Positions 1 to 10,362 of a stretch of DNA of 64,000 bases are shown piece after piece (position 1 is the stretch's first letter; each line of letters starts with the position of its first letter). The stretch comes from Eledone cirrhosa (taxonomy: Eukaryota), in NCBI GenBank assembly GCA_964016885.1, contig OZ024743.1:46934001-46998000 (forward strand). The letters are read 5' to 3'. The position numbers and the translations under genes were made by a program. The notes under the pieces were generated by a model. That model searched no databases. It had not been told where the DNA came from and was given only the letters and a program-made list of their open reading frames with translations.

Positions 1-1199
1 CCACCGACACCTCCGTCACCAGCGCCACCATCACCACTACCACCATCATCACCATCACTACCTCCATCACCACTGCCTCCACCACCATCGCCACCACCAC
101 CTCCACCACCACCACCTCCGTCACCAGCAACACCACCACCGCTACCACCATCATCACCACCACCACCTCCGTCACCACTGCCACTACCACCTCCACCACC
201 ACCACCACCACCACCTCCGTCACCACCAACACCACCACCGCTACCACCATCATCACCACCACTACCACCACCTCCATCACCATCGCCACCGCCACCGCTA
301 CCGCCATCATCACCACCACCACCTCCGTCACCACTGCCACCACCACCTCCACCACCACCACCACCACCTCCGTCACCACCAACACCACCACCGCTACCAC
401 CATCATCACCACCACCACCACCACCTCCATCACCATCGCCACCGCCACCGCTACCGCCATCATCACCACCACCACCTCCGTCACCACTGCCACCACCACC
501 TCCACCACCACCACCACCACCTCCGTCACCACCAACACCACCACCGCTACCACCATCATCACCACCACCACCTCCATCACCACTGCCACCACCACCTCCA
601 CCACCACCACCACCACCTCCGTCACCACCAACACCACCACCGCTACCACCATCATCACCACCACCACCACCACCTCCGTCACCACCAACACCACCACCGC
701 TACCACCATCACCACCACCACCTCCGTCACCACTGCCACCACCACCTCCACCACCACCACCACCACCTCCGTCACCACCACCTCCACCACCACCACCACC
801 ACCTCCGTCACCACCAACACCACCACCGCTACCACCATCATCACCACCACCACCTCCATCACCATCGCCACCGCCACCGCTACCACCATCATCACCACCA
901 CCACCTCCGTCACCACTGCCACCACCACCTCCACCACCACCACCACCACCTCCGTCACCACCAACACCACCACCGCTACCACCATCATCACCACCACCAC
1001 CTCCATCACCACTGCCACCACCACCTCCACCACCACCACCACCACCACCTCCGTCACCACCAACACCACCACCGCTACCACCATCATCACCACCACCATC
1101 TCCGTCACCACTGCCACCACCACCACCTCCACCACTACCACCACCTCCGTCACCACTGCCACCACCACCACCACCTCCGTCACCACCAACACCACCACT
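1..1199. repeat. Degenerate (ACC)n trinucleotide-based tandem array with higher-order repeats; truncated by the window start
   Basis: ACC/ATC/GTC/GCC/TCC triplets throughout; the motif CCTCCATCACCATCGCC recurs at 271 and 424 (153-bp offset). Confidence 0.95.
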
Positions 1200-1544
1200 A
1201 ATAAAATTGACATTAGAAATGAAGTGAAACAATGTCAATTATGAAATTCTAGGCAACTAAATCATAATTAGTGTAATAAGGTGATAATTAATTAGAGAAT
1301 AAACTATACAGTTGTATGACCAATTAGTTCAATATGATGATCCTCTGTTTTAACGATGAATATTCATGTGTTCAGTCAACTGAACATCCAACACATGAGT
1401 TAGCTCCTCTGATACTGCCTGAGACTGCTCCTGTTTAACTATTGTATTTTCATGGTAAAGGCTTTATCTCACATAATTATCTCACATAATATCGAATCTA
1501 TGAGATTTTGATAGTTATTAACTATTTTGAGAACAATACCTTAA

Positions 1545-1765
1545 CCCTTTAGCATTTACATTATTTTATATATACTTTTGTATTTTTGTGGTAAAGGTTT
1601 TACCTTACATCATTATCTCACATAATATCGAATCTATGAGATTTTGATGATGTTTATTTTGAGAATAATACCTTAATGTTAGTATGAGTGGCCAGTTTCA
1701 GCCAGTTTGAACAGAAAGAAGTGAGAGAGGTCTGGCCGGATATGGCCGGTTTAAATGCTAAAGGG
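1545..1765. mobile_element. piggyBac-like MITE (family A)
   Basis: TTAA (1541-1544) + CCCTTTAGCATTTA ... TAAATGCTAAAGGG + TTAA (1766-1769): 14-bp terminal inverted repeats, CCC/GGG ends and TTAA flanks. Confidence 0.85.
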
Positions 1766-1787
1766 TTAAAATGTATATTTATCTAAA

Positions 1788-2090
1788 GGTGGTGAATTGG
1801 CAGAGTTGATAGAACGTCAGATAGAATGCTTTGCAGTATTTGTTCTGACTCTCTGCTCTCTGAGTTCAAATCCTGCGAGGTCATCTTTGCCTTTCAGCTA
1901 TTAGAAGTTGATAAAAAAGTAGTACTGGGGCCGATTCTTTCTTTATATCGCTTTCTCACTTCCCCTCTCTCACTTTCTATCTTTCTCTGGAAGGAATCTG
2001 CTGTGTTCTGACCTGGAGAGTCTGTCAGGCTTAAAATACCCAAGAAACGCCATATGTCACTATGGCTCCGCTACAACACCACCAGAAGTC
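1788..2090 (+). mobile_element. tRNA-derived SINE (family 1), diverged
   Basis: A-box-like TGGCAGAGTTG and B-box GAGTTCAAATCC, body CTTTGCCTTTCA; collinear with the interrupted copy at 45759-47573, including the tail motif AAATACCCAAGAAACG. Confidence 0.75.
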
Positions 2091-2272
2091 ACGGGACCAT
2101 ACCATACCATTTATCTATAATATTTATCTATAACTTTATATAAGAACCTTTGATAAGTTATATTCTAAAGACTAGCTTAATAACAGATAAGTTATTTTAC
2201 TAAGTCACTCTGATTCTTGATTATTTTCAAAATGATTTTGAAAATATAAGCCCACGGTATTTCATTAGAAAT

Positions 2273-2480
2273 CATCATCATCATCATCATAACCCTTTAG
2301 TATCCATTTTTCCATGCTTGCATGGGTTAGCTGGGTTGTCTATGCCAGGAAGCAAGTGAGGCCAGAGTTGACCATGTAGCACCTATGAGGACTGTAAATG
2401 CTCTGATGAGGACTGTAAATTTGGCAAGGTATTTCACAGCTAGACACCCTTCCTAATACCAACCACATTTACTGTGTGGA
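2273..2480 (-). mobile_element. RTE-type 3' tail fragment with (GAT)n end
   Basis: (ATC)n followed by TTTTCCATGCTTGCATGGGTTAG and CCCTTCCTAATACCAACCAC, the same tail as at 2543-2765. Confidence 0.75.
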
Positions 2481-2542
2481 ACAGAATTATTCTAAGTAAA
2501 GTGTTAATGTGTAAGTGGTTGAGAATTCCAAAGACATGTGTA

Positions 2543-4220
2543 TCATCATCATCATCAACGTTTAACGTCCGTGTTCCACGCTTGCATGGGTTTGGACGGG
2601 GGTATTCCCACTTGAGGCAAGAGTGATTGTCTTGCTCGCATAGGACTGTCTGGTAGGTTTTCTACAGTTGGATGCCCTTCCTAACACCAACCACATTTAC
2701 AGTGTGGGACTGGGAGGTTTTTACCGTGTTGCCTACACGGCCACATTACAGCGTGGACTGTGTGTTTTTTGTTGTGACACCTACACGATCTCATTTGTTT
2801 CGGCCTGGATGTTGTGGCACCAACATAACTTTACATAGGAGGGGGGTGGGGGTGGTTGGGGGGTGGGGTGGGACGGGGGTGTATTTTGTTAGGGATGCCT
2901 ACTGGCTGTAGTAGGTTTTACTATGTATTTAGGTAAGGCGGGTCTTCTCTATTACTGAGTACCGCCAAAGGTCTCGTTCCAGTGACATTGTCTTGGAGAG
3001 GTGTAATTGTGTGAGGTTGGAGTTTATCAGCTCGTCCCAGGATTTTCTAGGTCTGCCTATTCCGTGGCTACCGTCTATCTTTATTGCCCTGCACTTTGTT
3101 ATACAGCTATCGACTTTCATGCGTATCACGTGTCCGTACCAACGTAGCCTTCTCTCGAGTAAACAACATCTGATCCCTCTTATTTCTAATTTTTTCCTTA
3201 GTTCGTTTATGCTTTGCCGTTCACGTATATTACTATTACACATCCAGCGGAGCATGCAAGCTTCGTTCCTCTCTAGTCTGCGTATATCCTCTGCGCACAA
3301 TGCCCAGGTCTCACTGCCATGTAACATTGCTGTTCGTATGCAGGCATCATACAACCTGCCTTTCATTTTTAGGGAGAACCCTTTAGCGGCTAATAGTGGT
3401 ATAAGCTCTCTGAACTTTTTCCATCCAGTTCTGACTCTAGCTAATGTACTTTCGGAGCACCCTCCCCCACTGCTGATTTTGTCACCCAGGTAACGGAAGC
3501 TGTCCACTATTTCTATAGAGCCCTCTGCGCAATTGAAAGAGTTAGTATTTTGTGGGCACTCGCTGCTACTTATTGCACCAGAGCACCGCCCACATGTAAA
3601 AATCTAAGTTCTTAGTTAGCTTACCTGTGATCCCACTACATCTTTTATGCACCCATACTTTGCATTTGGGACATAAAATGGAGTTTCTACCTACGCCTTT
3701 CCTACACACTGAGCATGGCCATTTCCTGGAAGGGACCGGTGCCTTATTTTCTTTCCTACAAACTAGAACTTTAGTCTTAGCCAGGTTAATTTTAAGCCCT
3801 TTTGATTCTAGGCCGTGCTTCCATGTTTGGAATTTCTTCTCTAGCTCGGCCATTGATTCAGCTATGAGTGTCAGGTCGTCTGCGTATAGGAGTTCCCATG
3901 GGCAGCCGGTCTTGAACTCCTCTGTTATAGCCTGAAGGGCAATAATAAATAGTAGGGGGCTGAGAACAGAGCCCTGATGGACACCAACTTTTTAGCTAAA
4001 CTCTTCACTATATTCGTTGTTAATTCTAACCTTGCTGACTGTTTCTTTATACATGGCTTGTATAGCTCTCACAAGCCATTCGTCGACACCTAGTTTTCTA
4101 AGGGCCCACCAGATAATGGAACGGGGGACTCTGTCGAAGGCTTTCTCCAAGTCGACAAAAGCTAAGTAGAGGGGTTTACCTTTAGCTAGGTACTTCTCCT
4201 GTAGTTGACGTACAATAATG
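2543..4220 (-). mobile_element. 5'-truncated, frameshifted RTE-clade LINE (RT plus C-terminus plus 3' UTR)
   Basis: ORF fragments LAFVDLEKAFDRVPR, GVHQGSVLSP, YADD (3876-3887), CSVCRKGVGRNSILCPKCKVWVHKRCSG, FRYLGDKIS and RRLRWYGHVIRM; 3' UTR ends ...CGTTAAACG(TT)(GAT)n at 2543. Confidence 0.92.
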
Positions 4221-4386
4221 TAATTCTCAAGTAGAATCAACATGATACAATATGTGACAGGGCTGGACATTTGAAGTACAGGTACAATCAGTATATCTAA
4301 TTTCAAGCCCTGATACCAGAAAGTGGGATTGAACATGGAAACTCATGATTGTAAAGTGAATTTCTTAACTATTCAGCTATCTAGAT

Positions 4387-4663
4387 CAGAGATTTTTAAA
4401 GTGGATGCTATCGCCCCCTGGAGGGCATTGACAAGGGGGTGCTGGGACCTAAGAGGACAGTGGGGAGAGGGGCAGCAGTAGAGATGATATAATAGTATAT
4501 TAAATATCAAATGATACATATTATATATAGATATAGTAAAAGGAAAATATATAATATTTATTTATACATAGTATATATTATATTATTTAATATATATAAA
4601 TAAACGATTTTATTTATTATATATTATTTACAATTTGCAAGTAGGTAGGTCTCTCTGGAAATA
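4387..4663 (+). mobile_element. hAT/Charlie-like MITE, right end missing
   Basis: Starts CAGAG after the ATCTAGAT target site (4379-4386); internal sequence matches 46007-46141 joined to 47171-47320. Confidence 0.75.
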
Positions 4664-4754
4664 GTATCTCTCTGGAGATATTTTTCTCCACAAAGTTCAA
4701 TCACCAACAGCAGAGTTTAAAGAGCAAAGGTCAAGTCCAGTCCATAGGTTGACA

Positions 4755-4907
4755 TTATCAAGCCGTAGAAACCAAGCCAAAATCAGTTCTGTATGAACAA
4801 GACATGGTCACCTGACCTGGCATTGCTCACAACAGGACAACTCGTCTAACCCATGCTAGTGTGGAAAAATGGATGTTAAACGGAGATGATGATGATGATG
4901 ATGATGA
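4755..4907 (+). mobile_element. RTE-type 3' tail fragment
   Basis: GTCTAACCCATGCTAGTGTGGAAAAATGGATGTTAAACG followed by (GAT)n. Confidence 0.75.
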
Positions 4908-4909
4908 CT

Positions 4910-5112
4910 TCTGGTATTCTTGACTCCTTGACCACATCCCTGCTCACAGCTATCATAGCAGAGTTGGTTACCCTCAAGTGTGAGCCCCAGGAAGTGGAGT
5001 GGCTGTTCCAGCACATCTCCCTCGCCATCTTCCAAGGCAATGTATTCTCCATCCTGTTGGCTGGGACTAAGAGACAGAGGGTAAGATAGTTGGAGGATAC
5101 TCATTCGGACGT
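4910..5112 (+). mobile_element. 3'-end fragment of a CRE-like RLE retrotransposon
   Basis: Encodes EPQEVEWLFQHISLAIFQGNVFSIL; near-identical to the reverse complement of 51889-52098. Confidence 0.8.
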
Positions 5113-5278
5113 CACATATATACATACATACATACATACATACATACATACATACATACATACATACATACATACATACATACATACTTACATACATATA
5201 TATATATATACAAACTTACTGGCATACATACATACTTACATACATACATACATATATACATACATATATACATACATA
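5113..5278. repeat. (TACA)n microsatellite
   Basis: Directly visible. Confidence 0.95.
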
Positions 5279-5279
5279 A

Positions 5280-5516
5280 CACACAGTCCATGCTGTAATG
5301 TGGCCGTGTAGGTAGCACGGTAAAAAGTTCCCAGTTCCACACTGTAAATGTGGTTGGTGTTAGGAAGGGCATCCAGCCGTAGAAAACCTGCCAGATAGTC
5401 CTATATGAGCGAGACATGGTCACCCGACCAACCTTGCCTCAAGTGGGACAACTCCCGTCTAACCCATGCTAGCGTGGAAAGTGGACGTTAAACGAGGATG
5501 ATGATGATGATGATGA
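5280..5516 (+). mobile_element. RTE 3' UTR/tail copy
   Basis: GGTTGGTGTTAGGAAGGGCATCCAGCCGTAGAAAACC ... CCCATGCTAGCGTGGAAAGTGGACGTTAAACG(GAT)n; inverted relative to 2543-2765. Confidence 0.85.
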
Positions 5517-5543
5517 TACATACACAAATATATACATAATAAT

Positions 5544-5870
5544 GGCTGCCCCCTCGTTATTGAGTATGGCCATTGCACGATATACCATTATTAATAATTA
5601 TTAATTAATTCTATCGTACAATGCCTGTGCGTGAAGATATTTTTTAAAGTGAGGAAAGACTGTGCACTGAGCCAATCCCACTCTCTGAGTGACAGTAGCT
5701 ATAACCCGAAAAGAAGAAAAGATCAACATCATCAATAACTACTGAGCCGCAGGTTTTATATCAGAGTTATCCCAGTTTCCTGAGTTGCCTTCTCCTAGAA
5801 GAATGCCCCGACAAAGGCTAGGGGTCCTTCACTCCCAGTGGTTTAACCACGCGATCGGGTGTCCAGCCCG
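5544..5870 (-). mobile_element. Short non-coding RTE derivative (5' UTR homology plus putative 3' tail)
   Basis: The reverse complement shares CTGGGAGTGAAGG, TCTAGGAGA, AACTCTGA..AAAACCTGCGGCT, TGATGTTGA, TTTTCGGGT and CTCAGAGAGTGGGATTGG, in order, with 48241-48440. Confidence 0.7.
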
Positions 5871-6167
5871 ACATACATACATACATACACATGCATACAT
5901 ACATACATACACATACATAGATACATGCATATATACATACATACATACATACATACTAATATACATACACACACACATGCATGCATACATACATACACAT
6001 GCATACATACATACATACACATGCATACATACATGCATACATGCATACATACATACATAGATTCATACATACATACCTACATACATGCATTCATACATAC
6101 ATACAATTCTGCATGCATACATACATACATATACATATGGATGTGTGTTTGTATGTATATATATGTA

Positions 6168-6241
<74 letters not shown>
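5871..6241. repeat. Compound (TACA)n/(TA)n microsatellite
   Basis: Directly visible. Confidence 0.95.
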
Positions 6242-6244
<3 letters not shown>

Positions 6245-6420
6245 TCATTGTTTTACGTCTGTTCTTTCACGCTAGCATGGGATAGACGGATTGTACTGTT
6301 GTGTGCAATGTCCGGTCGGCTGACTTTGTCTTGCTCCTACGGGAACTGATTCTGGCTTGATTTCTACAGCTGGATGCTCTTCCTAACACCAACCTCATTT
6401 ACAGTGAGTGCTAGGTGCTT
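6242..6420 (-). mobile_element. RTE-tail SINE fragment
   Basis: Near-identical to 59243-59430 (CACGCTAGCATGGG..., CTACAGCTGGATGC..., CATTTACAGTGAGTGCT). Confidence 0.85.
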
Positions 6421-6430
6421 TATATATATA

Positions 6431-6462
<32 letters not shown>

Positions 6463-6576
6463 AGATGACGAGGGACCGTGACGAGTGGAGAGATGCTATG
6501 CTGAATAAGACCCGTCCCACCCTTGCAAGCAGGGAAAAGCGGACGTAAAATGATGATGATGATGATGATGATGATG

Positions 6577-6577
<1 letters not shown>
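6463..6577 (+). mobile_element. Extreme 3' end of an RTE LINE inserted in (TA)n
   Basis: Encodes [19 protein letters not shown], homologous to the end of the 2929-3507 ORF; then GGAAAAGCGGACGTAAAA(TGA)n. Confidence 0.8.
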
Positions 6578-6620
<43 letters not shown>

Positions 6621-6796
6621 GTATATATATATATATACACACACATACATATATATATATATATATCGGCCTGCCCGCCCAGCCAGTGGGATGGCGTCAT
6701 CGTATGGCTAAAACAGCATGTGCTGTGACTAGCGGCACCGAATGGCGCCCGACAGACTGGTCGGTCAAGGTGATCAAAGTGACCTAAATATATACA

Positions 6797-6829
<33 letters not shown>

Positions 6830-6867
6830 GTATGTATATATATAAACATCATCATCATCATATATAG

Positions 6868-6938
<71 letters not shown>

Positions 6939-7254
6939 TATCAAAGTAAATTAAAGAGAGTGTAGATTAAGAGTTAGGAGTGATGTTATTTAGAATCAGT
7001 GGTGAGGATATTGGTTATCTATAATCTGTTAATCCTGTCTCTATTTGAAATCTTTACAGCTTGGTTTCAGTTTATTTTTAGCCTGTGCTGCTGATGAAAT
7101 GTTTAATAAAGCAGAAAGAAGGTGGTGTAGAGCATCTCTGACCTTTCTCTCTATACAGTAGGCCTGCATCTTATTTGGTCATTTGGATAAAAAAGCGAAT
7201 TAAGCTTGTATGAGGTCCCTAGCTAAACATTTTATTCAGACCCTTGTAAATTAT

Positions 7255-7560
7255 TTATTGTAGCCAAAATATTAATTTGGAACCCTTAAGATATTGTAGA
7301 ATCTTGGGCTTAAAATTTCCTTGGGATCTTTGCATATTATTTAAGCTAACCAAAAAATTAATTTGGAACCCTTTAAATATTCTGGGACCCCGGGCAAAAA
7401 TTTAATTGGGATCCTTTCATATTATTTATTGGCAAAAAATTAATTTGGAACCCTTTAAATAGTGTATGGCCCCTGCCAAAAAAATTTCATTGGGACTCTT
7501 GTATATTATTTATGGTAGCCAAAAAATTAATTTGGAAACCTTAAAATATTGTGGGGGCCC
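7255..7560. repeat. ~85-bp minisatellite, about 3.5-4 diverged units
   Basis: TAATTTGGAA(C/A)CC anchor at ~7273, 7359, 7441 and 7528. Confidence 0.85.
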
Positions 7561-8209
7561 CTGTCTATAGCTGAGTCAGAACACCCTTCCACCCAATTGA
7601 AGACTGCTCTCACCCCATCTGTGTTATTCAGAAACAGCTTCATCTCTTATATTCTTTTACTTGCTTTAGTCTTTAGGCTGTGGCTATGCTGGGGAATTGT
7701 CCTTTATTTAGTCCATTATATTAACCCTGAGTACATATTTTTCAAGCCTGGTACTTGCTAAGCTACACAAAGACACATACACACACACACACAGAGTAAA
7801 CAGATAAGCAACACAGGGAAACAATACAGTACAATGAAGATATATATGAGTTTAATGCTTCATATATTAGGAATGACAGGCCTCTGCAGTTTCCATCTAC
7901 CAAATTCCCCTTACAAATCATTGGTCAACCCCAGGCTACAATAGAAGATAATTGCTCAAGGTGCTGCACAACAGAACTGATCACAACCATGTGTTTGTGA
8001 AGCAAATTCCTTAAACTCCCTCTACAGTAGGTAGCTGCAATAGAGGGAGACCAAAGAAGACCTGAGCTGTTGTGAGAGTTGACCTCAAATAGCTAAAGCT
8101 ATCAAAGGAGATACCTATATCATACAACATGAGGATGAGAAGTGTTCCACATGATGAGGCAATGTATAAGTGTGAATCAGGGTGTTGTTGGGGAGAAGTG
8201 TGTTCGAAA

Positions 8210-10048
8210 TGACGCCAGTGCACTTAGCATCATCACTGATGTTGAAACGAAAGAGGACTGAAAATGCTATTATGAAAGATTTATGAATGTGGAGAATGAG
8301 TGAGAGGAAGGGAGACTGCCTCCAACTGACCCAACAGAGGGATCAGCTATCAAAATAGACAATAGAAGCAATTCAGGAAATAAAGAATGGTAAAGCTGCA
8401 GGACTATCAGAGATAGTTGCTGAGATGCTGAACACATCTGGGGAAGTAGGAGTCAAATTAGTAACCTACATAGTCAATCAGATAATACCGGTCGGGATCA
8501 TACCTAATGATTGGCACAGCAGGCACAAGGCTTAGTAGTTAGAGCATTAGGCTTGCAATCGAAAGGTTGTGAGTTCAATTCTCGGACCAGGTGATGTGTT
8601 GCTTCCTTGAGCAAGACACTTTATTTCACATTGCTCCAGTTTACTCAGCTGTAGAAAAAAGATGATAGGACTGGGGTCCCTACTATTAAATCACCCAAGA
8701 CACCTCCAACGTATATCTCGTTGGAGGAGGCCAGCTAAACCTGCATAGGTGTGAGCTGTAACATACATACATACATTGGCACAGCAGCATAGTCATTAAT
8801 TGCTACAAGGGAAAAGGTGATGCCTCTGAAGGGAGCAACTCTAGGGGTATAGAATTAATGGACCAAGTTATGAAAGTAATCTAAAGAGTTCTACTACAAC
8901 TAATTAGAGAAAGAGTGGAATTAGATGAGATGTAGTTCAGTTTTGTGCCAGGTAGGAGTACTACAGATATCCTCTTCTTAGTGAGACCACTACAAGAGAA
9001 GTTCCTAGCTAAGAATAAGCCTCTATATTTAGCTTTTGTTGATCTAGAGAAGGTCTTTGACAGAGTATTAAGTTAAGGAAAGTAAACATAGAAGAATGGC
9101 TTTTGAGAGGAGCTCTCAGTAAAATGACAGTAAGAAGTGGGTTTAGCGAGGAATTCAAAGACAGGTAGGAGTGCATCAGGACTCGGTTCTCTGTCCACTC
9201 CTAATTATTATAGTTCTTCAGGTGATAACAAAGAGGTTTAAGACAGGTTGTCCATGGGAACTTCTGTATGCTGATGATCTGGCTCTTATAGCTGAATCTG
9301 CAGAAGAACTAGAAACTCTGTACTATGTACACAATGCAAATCTATGGCACACAAAAGGTGTAGCGAGATAGCAGGCAGACTAACAGGAAAGGAAGACTTT
9401 GTATGTTATTGATGTTCATGGAAAATTGATTGTAAGAGTGTCAGTGATATAAACCTTTTTATCACAGGTTGGATCCATAGAAGTAGTTGATAGCTTCTGT
9501 TATATCGGTGACATAATTAGAAGTGGAAATGGGTGCCCCAGGAGCATAGTTGGAAGAAGTTGAGAGAGTCACTACCCTTGTTGACAACAAAAGGTTTCTC
9601 GCTATAAATGAAAGGTCAGTTGCATGATGTCTGTGTGTGAAGTGCAATGCTACATGGTAACGAAACATCAGCAGTGACTGCAGAGAGTGTGTGAAGGTTG
9701 GGGAGAGAAATGATGGGAACATGCTTCGATGGATGTGCAATGTTAATGTGTGGGAATGACAAAGCATGGATGAACTGAGCGGAAAACTGAGCATAAGAGA
9801 ATCAGATGTTGTGTGCAGGAGAGAAAACTGTGTTGGTATGGATATGTGATGCACATAGATAATGATCGCTGGGTGAAGAATTGCCAAGAAATCCCAGTGG
9901 AAGGAAGCCACAGTAGTGGAAGACCAAGAAAACCTGGGTAGAGCTGACCTCAAATTGTTGAAATTCACAGAAGAGAGATGAGGGGAGAGATGCTGCGCTG
10001 AAAAGGACCCATCCACCCCATGCAAGCATGGAAAAGCAGACATAAAAT
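8210..10048 (+). pseudogene. Highly decayed RTE-clade LINE (RT region to 3' tail)
   Basis: Fragments KNGKAAGLSEIVAEML, YKGKGDA, LYLAFVDLEK, CPWELLYADDLALIAES and SFCYIGD; ends CCCATGCAAGCATGGAAAAGCAGACATAAAA; many stops and frameshifts. Confidence 0.88.
8523..8774 (+). mobile_element. tRNA-derived CORE-like SINE (family 2) inserted in the RTE LINE
   Basis: 13-bp TSD ATTGGCACAGCAG (8510-8522 and 8775-8787); A box GGCTTAGTAG, B box GAGTTCAATTC, CCTTGAGCAAGACACTT core, (ACAT)n tail. Confidence 0.88.
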
Positions 10049-10050
10049 AA

Positions 10051-10215
10051 TTGTTTCTACTTTTGGCACAAGGCCAGCAATTACCCAGTACATTACTGGT
10101 ACTTTATTTTATTGACCCCGTTCGGATGAAAGGCAAAGTTAACCTTGGCGGGATTTGAACTCAGATCATAAAGGGACATAACTCTATGCTTCAAGTCATG
10201 GCATCCGACCCTAAT
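10051..10215 (-). mobile_element. SINE family 1 copy
   Basis: TTTCTACTTTTGGCACAAGGCCAGCAATTACCCAG...GATGAAAGGCAAAGTTAACC...GATTTGAACTC (B box on the minus strand). Confidence 0.85.
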
Positions 10216-10362
10216 GCTGGGGACCAATTGGCTGTATAAGAGGCAGGCCTATGGGATATATTAGATACAGTATGTCTGATGGGATGGTCATAGTTGGAAT
10301 AGCTCTCTTTGATCATAGGTCTGATGGATTATTCAATTTGGTAGAAATAACAGCCAAATAAA

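Noticed and set aside
1-1244. Mucin-like Thr-rich exon (TTTSVTTNTTTATTII...NKIDIRNEVKQCQL*)
   Set aside because: Openness is expected for (ACC)n in every frame; no start or splice evidence within the window; not fully excluded
2385-2420. CTGATGA at 2403 as a hammerhead
   Set aside because: Part of a local ATGAGGACTGTAAAT duplication; no GAAA or stems
5090-6877. YI, HT and VC-repeat ORFs here and at 46.4, 52.1, 54.3, 59.9 and 61.1 kb
   Set aside because: Microsatellite translations
8523-8600. tRNA genes here and at 58908 and 59660-59733
   Set aside because: A and B boxes continue into shared SINE bodies, with a TSD at 8.5 kb; no clean cloverleaf or terminator
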